Sequence record: NZ_CP066773.1
Origin: a plasmid
Strand: one strand, 5' to 3'
Length of the DNA stretch: 51,411 nucleotides
The notes beneath the pieces were generated by a model. That model was not told the DNA's origin, did no database searches, and was given only the letters and a program-made list of their open reading frames with translations. This document shows, in pieces, positions 46,773 to 51,411 of the stretch (positions are counted from its first letter, which is position 1; each line of letters opens with the position of its first letter). Position numbers and translations under genes: made by a program.

Positions 46773-47608
46773 GGGCGCACCGTGCTAGGCCGCTCATAGA
46801 AGCGCACCCGCGCAATGCGATCGACATGCACGACCTCGCCATCAGCGATAACAGCGAGCTGCCTTGCGATGCCATTGAGCCTGTAGTACCGGCCTTTGAG
46901 CGTGCCGCTGATCGAATGTCCATCGCCAAGCACCGAAACGCCGCCTTTGGGCTCGTCGAAGGCGAGATAGGTAGCATCGCCCTCATCGAATACCTGTTCG
47001 AGCCCAGTCAAGTTGCTGGCAGGAAATTGGTATTCAGTGCTCTGCACACGAGCGACATCGACGGCTTGACTGAAACCGTTCAGCGTGAACCGAGCTACTG
47101 GCGGAAGGCTCAGGATGTTGCCGCGCCAAGTAGCTGGAAGCAGGCGACCTTGCACATCTGTGAGGCGTAGATCCGCTGGCGGTGCACCCTCGAAGCGGAT
47201 TTCGGTGGCGCCGCCTTTATTGTCCCGAATGGCGATGGCACCGAAGACTGCAGCCAGCATGGACCCCGTTCCTTTGCTGGAAGCCGCCGGCTGCTCGCCT
47301 ACCTCGGAATTCGGAGTGGATCGGGTTGGGGCGCGATCAGGCGCTGAGAAGGAAATTGCCGTCGCCGCCAAAATGGTCGGCGCACGTTCTGGTGTCTTGG
47401 CCTTGCTCAGTTCACACAAGTTGGCTGAGCCAGGCCCCGCAGACACATAGGAGATGATGGCGCCTGGTTGCCCGTCACTATCAAGCGGGCAAAGGACGTT
47501 GGTGCGGGCGGCAGCGGGCGTCGTATGAAACAACGCCGTAGTAGAGAAGCATGCTATAAAGCACGCGCGCAACACTGCGCCCGCATTTGCTAGAATGCGG
47601 GAAGCCAT
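46769..47608 (-). CDS. PilL-like lipoprotein, first gene of the pilus operon. Start MASRILANAG with an AGAGGAA RBS.
   Basis: Putative lipobox FIAC; 280 aa. Preceded by conserved promoter element copy B. Confidence 0.45.
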   Translation of the reverse strand: MASRILANAGAVLRACFIACFSTTALFHTTPAAARTNVLCPLDSDGQPGAIISYVSAGPGSANLCELSKAKTPERAPTILAATAISFSAPDRAPTRSTPNSEVGEQPAASSKGTGSMLAAVFGAIAIRDNKGGATEIRFEGAPPADLRLTDVQGRLLPATWRGNILSLPPVARFTLNGFSQAVDVARVQSTEYQFPASNLTGLEQVFDEGDATYLAFDEPKGGVSVLGDGHSISGTLKGRYYRLNGIARQLAVIADGEVVHVDRIARVRFYERPSTVRP

Positions 47609-47685
47609 GAGATCGTTCCTCTGTTGGGAAACTGGGGTAGGCTTTTGGCTAGGCCCGCCTTGGTGGTGCAAACACCTTGGCGGGC
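47609..47685 (-). promoter_or_regulatory. Conserved promoter-like element, copy B, upstream of the pilus operon.
   Basis: TTCCTCTGTTGGGAAACTGGGG...CTTGGTGGTGCAAACACCTTGGCG, shared with 34900-34975. Confidence 0.5.
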
Positions 47686-47781
47686 CGCTTTTTGCGCGGC
47701 TTGCTACGGACTTCTATTCACCGCGGACCTCCTAATGAGTGCAGAAGGCCACGATGCCGATCTGGTGAGTCGTGACATTCT

Positions 47782-48051
47782 TCATTTCTTCCCTTCCCGA
47801 TCGCCGTCTCGACTCGACTGCGCCTCGGGGTCAGTCTTCAAAACACTCCCCACCTTGCGGGGCGGGTGATCAGCCAGAACCAATTCATCCCATGCCACCT
47901 TTCGCGGGTAGCGGGCGCGGAAGAACTTGAGCCACGCTCTTGGGATGTAGTTGCCTGTCTGCCATTGGTAGATGCGGCCCTCTGTCAAGCCGGTTAACTT
48001 CACCAGCTTCGGGACCCCCCCAAGGGCGGCAATCAGTTCTCGTGCGTTCAT
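47782..48051 (-). CDS. Cro/YdaS-like HTH regulator.
   Basis: MNARELIAALGGVPKLVKLTGLTEGRIYQWQTGNYIP matches the YdaS/Cro-family HTH. Divergent from a CI-like gene across an AT-rich 70-bp spacer. Confidence 0.55.
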   Translation of the reverse strand: MNARELIAALGGVPKLVKLTGLTEGRIYQWQTGNYIPRAWLKFFRARYPRKVAWDELVLADHPPRKVGSVLKTDPEAQSSRDGDREGKK

Positions 48052-48121
48052 ACGCCCCGATCTTAGAACACTAAGGAAATAAACTCAATAAGCAAAGGGT
48101 GTAATCGCTTAGTTTTCTAAG

Positions 48122-48535
48122 ATGCTTAGCGAACGAATCGAAACCATCCTCAGAGAGACAGGGACCAAGATCGGAGCTCTCGGGGAAGTGGCTGGCGTCT
48201 CTAGCGGGACGGCGAGCATGTGGTTAACCGGTCAGATCAAATCTATAAAGCTTCAGTACGCGATAAAAATTCAACGAAAGTACGGCTACAACGCTACCTG
48301 GATCGTTCTTGGGGAGGGGCCTAAGACATTGATCCCTCAGTCGAACAACCTGTCGCCCAGCATCCAAGCGCTTGCGCTTCGAGTGGGCGCACTCAGCTCG
48401 CAACGTCGAGCCCGCATCGAAAGCATCATCTCTGCGTGTCTTGTCGATGCCGAGCAGTTGGACAAGCTCGAAGCCATCGAACAAGGCTCGAACCCTGTCT
48501 TAGCTGCAGAGGGTGCCCGTCGTTTGTCCGAATAG
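48122..48535 (+). CDS. CI-like HTH (XRE-family) regulator, paralog 1.
   Basis: N-terminal HTH ...GALGEVAGVSSGTASMWLTGQIKSIKLQYAIKIQRKYGYNATWIVLGEGP. Confidence 0.55.
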   Translation: MLSERIETILRETGTKIGALGEVAGVSSGTASMWLTGQIKSIKLQYAIKIQRKYGYNATWIVLGEGPKTLIPQSNNLSPSIQALALRVGALSSQRRARIESIISACLVDAEQLDKLEAIEQGSNPVLAAEGARRLSE

Positions 48536-48688
48536 GTGCACTTCTCTGACTGGTCGGTAAGTTCCGCCAGATTTTTTACTCCCCCACGCGCGAGTCGGGT
48601 GGCTTCGCGCGTTCGCAAGACATTACCATAATTTCCTATGGACGCGAAGCCGCATTTATTATGGTGGGTAGCACGCTAGCTTCATGAG

Positions 48689-49078
48689 ATGCCTCTCTAT
48701 GAACGAATGCAACTCATACGCAGCGAGACCGCTGTTTCAGTCGCTGCCATTGCCAATGCTGCCGGCGTTTCTAAAGCGCTGGTAGAGCATTGGCTGAGCG
48801 GCCATGTCCAAAAAATTAGACTGGAGCATGCCATTGGCATCCAAGATAGATACGGGTACAACGCTATCTGGATTGTGCTTGGCCGAGGCCCTAGGGAGCT
48901 CTCCACGTCGTCCATTTCGGACCTGCGCGAGGAGGTCCAAAGTTTCGCCCGCCGGGCCGCAAAGCTAAGCCCAGCAAGCTTTGCCAAGCTCAAAGGGCAT
49001 CTGGCAGACTACGAAAAAGTGGATGCGTACGATGCGGCAGCGATCGCCGCTACCAAGGACTTGATAAACGCCGCCTAG
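48689..49078 (+). CDS. CI-like HTH (XRE-family) regulator, paralog 2.
   Basis: Same architecture as 48122-48535 (...AAIANAAGVSKALVEHWLSGHVQKIRLEHAIGIQDRYGYNAIWIVLGRGP). Confidence 0.55.
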   Translation: MPLYERMQLIRSETAVSVAAIANAAGVSKALVEHWLSGHVQKIRLEHAIGIQDRYGYNAIWIVLGRGPRELSTSSISDLREEVQSFARRAAKLSPASFAKLKGHLADYEKVDAYDAAAIAATKDLINAA

Positions 49079-49235
49079 TGCGGGTGAAGTAACCCCATAC
49101 TGCCTAAACTGGAAAGTTTACAACAATTGGTTCTCGCCACCGCGACCCCCCATTAGGAGGGTTTTCTTTCATACGGACTCAATTGCAAAAAAGAGTCAAC
49201 GAATATTTTCCGTTGTCGAAGAACAACAAATACAT

Positions 49236-49258
49236 TGATATTAAAAAATATCAATTCT
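49236..49258. repeat. Inverted repeat TTGATATT-aaaa-AATATCAA within a 300-bp AT-rich tract (49080-49400).
   Basis: Perfect 8-bp arms. Local GC falls far below the window average. Confidence 0.4.
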
Positions 49259-49397
49259 GATTTTCATGGTGTTTAATTCTGCGCATGTCGGATACTCCCT
49301 GATTTGCGCAAATGAATATGGCGCACTTAATCGGAGCGCTACAGCTTAATCTAGCCTAGCTGACATCGACTCCAGCCTGCTGGCCTACGTCGCTGTG

Positions 49398-49450
49398 GGA
49401 ACGTGTCGGCTGCTGCCGCCACTCGCCCACCTGCTGGCGGGCGCCCGGAA
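49398..49450 (+). repeat. Copy 2 of the ~50-bp long-range direct repeat (acgtgtcgGCTGCTGCCGCCACTCGCCCaCCTGCTGGCGGgCGCCC). A TTGAGT-type inverted repeat (AACTCAATTAAGTTGAGT) follows.
   Basis: About 90% identical to 19634-19684. Confidence 0.55.
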
Positions 49451-49502
49451 GGCGATAACTCAATTAAGTTGAGTAAATACACACCAGAAAAGGAGCTGCC
49501 AA

Positions 49503-49730
49503 TTGGAACAGCAAAAAGAGCCCAGCCTTGTCCCCGTCCTGGCCGTGATTGGCGCCCTACTCGTCGCAGCGTTGCTCGCAGCCCTCTACTACCGCAGCAT
49601 AGAAGCGCAGAAGGCTCGTGACCGGGAAATCGCCGCCAGCCTTGCCAGGCAAAAGCAGGCTGAAGAGATCAACCGCCAGGAACAGGCCGTCATCAAGAAA
49701 GCCCCGCCACTGAAGCTGCTGCGCGACTGA
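49503..49730 (+). CDS. Small single-pass membrane protein with a C-terminal coiled coil (TTG start, AAGGAG RBS).
   Basis: VPVLAVIGALLVAALLAALYY TM segment; 75 aa. Confidence 0.4.
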   Translation: MEQQKEPSLVPVLAVIGALLVAALLAALYYRSIEAQKARDREIAASLARQKQAEEINRQEQAVIKKAPPLKLLRD

Positions 49731-49768
49731 CGCAACCCCAGCTCAACTGAGCTGAGGGTTCGAGTGCC

Positions 49769-50008
49769 TCAGTCGATCAAGCGCAGTTGGCCGCGACGCT
49801 CTAGCTGCTCGCGGTCGTCCTGGTCGCTGCAGGGCTTTGCCCGCAGACGGGAGGTGCCGCAAAACGTGCAGGTCCAGGTATCGGCCGCCTGGCCGGCATC
49901 GAATGGAGTGAGCTGAACGGTAGCGCGAACGTGATCGCGCAGGACACCGCAGGTGGTGCAGCCGATCCAACGTGTGGCGCCTTGCACAGTGCCGCGGCTG
50001 ACCGTCAT
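49769..50008 (-). CDS. Small zinc-ribbon protein (CTTCG...CTFCG), translationally coupled to the toxin gene.
   Basis: Two CxxCG pairs; its start overlaps the mazF-like stop (ATGA). Confidence 0.4.
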   Translation of the reverse strand: MTVSRGTVQGATRWIGCTTCGVLRDHVRATVQLTPFDAGQAADTWTCTFCGTSRLRAKPCSDQDDREQLERRGQLRLID

Positions 50009-50376
50009 AGATTCATCAGAAGCCGCAGCGCATCTTCCACGCGGCGCAGCTGATTCGTGTTCAGCGTCGTGATGGGCTTGTCGCCCATCAGGCGGTCGTT
50101 CGAGATCGCGCGGATCTGGTCGATCAGCAGATCGGTCGCCTCGTCGACGGCCTGGCCCGGCAGGCGGCCCAGCGCGACGCGCAGCGGGAAGCAGTCCTCG
50201 CGCTCAACGTCCGAGGTGCCCGGGATGACGATGGTGGTCGCGTGGCCAGCATCGTTGAGCAGGTTGGTCTGAATGACAAGAGCCGGGCGGTTGCGCTTGC
50301 CCGGCTCCTGCTTGTGGGTCTGCGGCTCGAAATCGACGGCCCAGACCTGGCCGCGTTTGACTTTAGGCGAGGCCAT
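50005..50376 (-). CDS. MazF/PemK-family toxin (mRNA interferase).
   Basis: KRGQVWAVDFEP...KRNRPALVIQTNLLN...IVIPGTS matches the PemK/MazF core. 123 aa. Confidence 0.85.
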   Translation of the reverse strand: MASPKVKRGQVWAVDFEPQTHKQEPGKRNRPALVIQTNLLNDAGHATTIVIPGTSDVEREDCFPLRVALGRLPGQAVDEATDLLIDQIRAISNDRLMGDKPITTLNTNQLRRVEDALRLLMNL

Positions 50377-50592
50377 CGGCGATCGAGCCCTCGATGGCTT
50401 GGTTTTCCGCCAGATGCTTGGCCGACAGCTTGCGCGACAGCGCAGCGATGCGCTCGGCCATCATGCGCTCGTTCTTCTCGCGCACGGCTTCGCGGATGTA
50501 GTCGGAACTCTTCAGGCCGGCCTGCTCGGCCAGCGCGCGCGTCTCGGTGACAAAAGCGTCGCCGGCGCGGAAAGACAGGGTGTGGGCTTGCA
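50363..50592 (-). CDS. Cognate antitoxin (RHH/CopG-like). Start MQAHTLSF with a GGAGGG RBS.
   Basis: 76 aa; overlaps the toxin start by 14 nt. The ORF-track upstream extension is spurious. Confidence 0.55.
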
Positions 50593-50760
50593 TGTTTCCC
50601 TCCATGGGCATGTCCTGACCGAATATTAGCAGAAAACGTAATACGAAGATGTAAGACAAAAACGCATACGCTTGGTTCGCCCCTTGCCGATAAATGCTAT
50701 TATCGGCATGGCGTTTTAGCCGCAAAAGCGGGGTTTTGCAGAAAATAGGTCGTAATTTTT

Positions 50761-51021
50761 GTGTCGCTTAGATCACACGATAAGTGTGCACCGGAGGCAC
50801 CGCATGAAGATGAACGGCCGTTACGGCCCCCTTCACCCCCAAGCCGGAACAGGCGCCGCACTACCGCAAGCGGCAGCGACGACAGGAAGCGGCCGGTCGC
50901 TTTCTACGACGAGATCCACTACGCGCTGCGCTACAGCGGTTGCTGTTTGCCCGAGTGCGAGGCCCAGCTGGAGCAACGCGAGCGCGCGAGCGAAGAAGAT
51001 TCAGGCACGCCAATTGAGTAG
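50761..51021 (+). CDS. Small ORF of uncertain frame. GC3 bias supports this frame from about 50890 onward (...RPVAFYDEIHYALRYSGCCLPECEAQLEQRERA...). An overlapping frame carries the GGAGG RBS and the ATG.
   Basis: Frame-specific GC3 comparison by eye. Confidence 0.25.
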   Translation: MSLRSHDKCAPEAPHEDERPLRPPSPPSRNRRRTTASGSDDRKRPVAFYDEIHYALRYSGCCLPECEAQLEQRERASEEDSGTPIE

Positions 51022-51029
51022 GTGAGTTG

Positions 51030-51411
51030 ATGAAAAACTCAAATCAAGCCATCGATGTAACCCGTGCCCAGTACGCCGCCATACGCGCCTGGCTGCAGGG
51101 CGTGGCGGCGGTCGACGTGGCCGACCGTTGGCTGTCGGCCGATCCCGACATCGAGTGGACGGAAAGCCTGGCCCTGCGTGCGCTACGCGCGATTCGCGCC
51201 ACGCTCGCGCAGCTGGCGCTGCGTCATGAACAGGAAGCGCTGGCCAGCCTGTTGGCCACCGGGCCGCGCTCAACCACGGCGTTGAACCAGGTGCTCGCAG
51301 GCCTGCGGCGCCTGGAAGAATTGGGTACGCCGGCACCGGCGACCAAGCACGACGTGCGTTTGTGGTTTGCTGCACCACTGGCACGCCGGCTGCAGGCCGC
51401 CGGCGTGGCCA
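51030..51411 (+). CDS. 3'-partial gene running off the window end (MKNSNQAIDVTRAQYAAIRAWLQGVAAVDVADRWL...). It is absent from the ORF track because no stop codon falls inside the window.
   Basis: Open frame of at least 127 codons with very high GC3. ATG preceded by TTGAGT-type repeats (caattgagtaggtgagttgatg). The overlapping track ORFs 51001-51384(-) and 51064-51285(+) are likely spurious. Confidence 0.5.
   Translation, partial: MKNSNQAIDVTRAQYAAIRAWLQGVAAVDVADRWLSADPDIEWTESLALRALRAIRATLAQLALRHEQEALASLLATGPRSTTALNQVLAGLRRLEELGTPAPATKHDVRLWFAAPLARRLQAAGVA

Noticed and set aside
1-51411. CRISPR arrays, rRNA, tRNA and insertion sequences.
   Set aside because: No regularly spaced short direct repeats with unique spacers, no rRNA or tRNA-like cloverleaf signatures, and no transposase-like ORF with terminal inverted repeats were seen. 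The iterons are spaced irregularly (about 22 and 88 bp) with a rep gene between the arrays, unlike a CRISPR array.

Overview
High-GC (Burkholderiales-like betaproteobacterial codon usage) segment of a self-transmissible integrative/conjugative element with a Tn4371-like backbone. All homology calls below are made by eye from motifs and gene order; no database search was run. Coordinates of non-coding motifs were hand-counted and may be off by 1-2 nt; in one stretch (around 45.7 kb) hand counts differ from the ORF track by 1 nt, and the track is trusted there.

Left to right the window holds:
- a tyrosine integrase at the left edge, possibly running off the 5' end (7-1365)
- a minus-strand operon of parA-parG plus seven small unknown genes, including a DUF736-like gene (1.7-5.4 kb)
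- a SprT-like metallopeptidase gene
- a theta-type origin: a DnaA box, an AT-rich stretch and a Rep_3-like initiator gene bracketed by two arrays of a 19-bp iteron (6.7-8.2 kb)
- a 1.9-kb hairpin-dense stretch with no convincing coding signal (9.34-11.23 kb)
- a VirD4/TraG-like coupling protein (11.2-13.0 kb)
- a large ParB-like protein and a DUF932 protein (14.9-17.6 kb)
- lower-GC cargo with duplicated promoter elements (18.3-19.3 kb)
- a complete Trb/VirB-type T4SS operon in the order trbB-C-D-E-J-(small)-L-F-G-I. It is preceded by ssb and an SLT/VirB1 gene and followed by an Lnt-like N-acyltransferase, an RHH protein, a PLD-family Nuc nuclease and small genes (19.4-34.6 kb)
- an IncI1 R64/PAPI-1-like type IVb thin-pilus locus: PilL-like lipoprotein, a second SLT, secretin, PilO/PilP-like proteins, PilQ ATPase, PilR platform, PilS pilin and PilV adhesin-like minor pilin (35-47.7 kb)
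- a Cro/CI-like regulatory module with two tandem paralogous repressors (47.8-49.1 kb)
- a mazF/pemK-type toxin-antitoxin pair with a co-transcribed Zn-ribbon gene (49.8-50.6 kb)
- a 3'-truncated gene running off the right end (51030 onward)

No relaxase, TraF, CRISPR array, rRNA or tRNA was found.

The most unusual items are:
- the 1.9-kb non-coding structured region upstream of the coupling protein, which contains a hairpin resembling group II intron domain V
- a 36-bp perfect palindrome fused to a ~50-bp sequence that recurs 29.8 kb away, bracketing the T4SS plus pilus block
- an Lnt-like acyltransferase embedded in the T4SS operon
- several families of dispersed repeated regulatory elements
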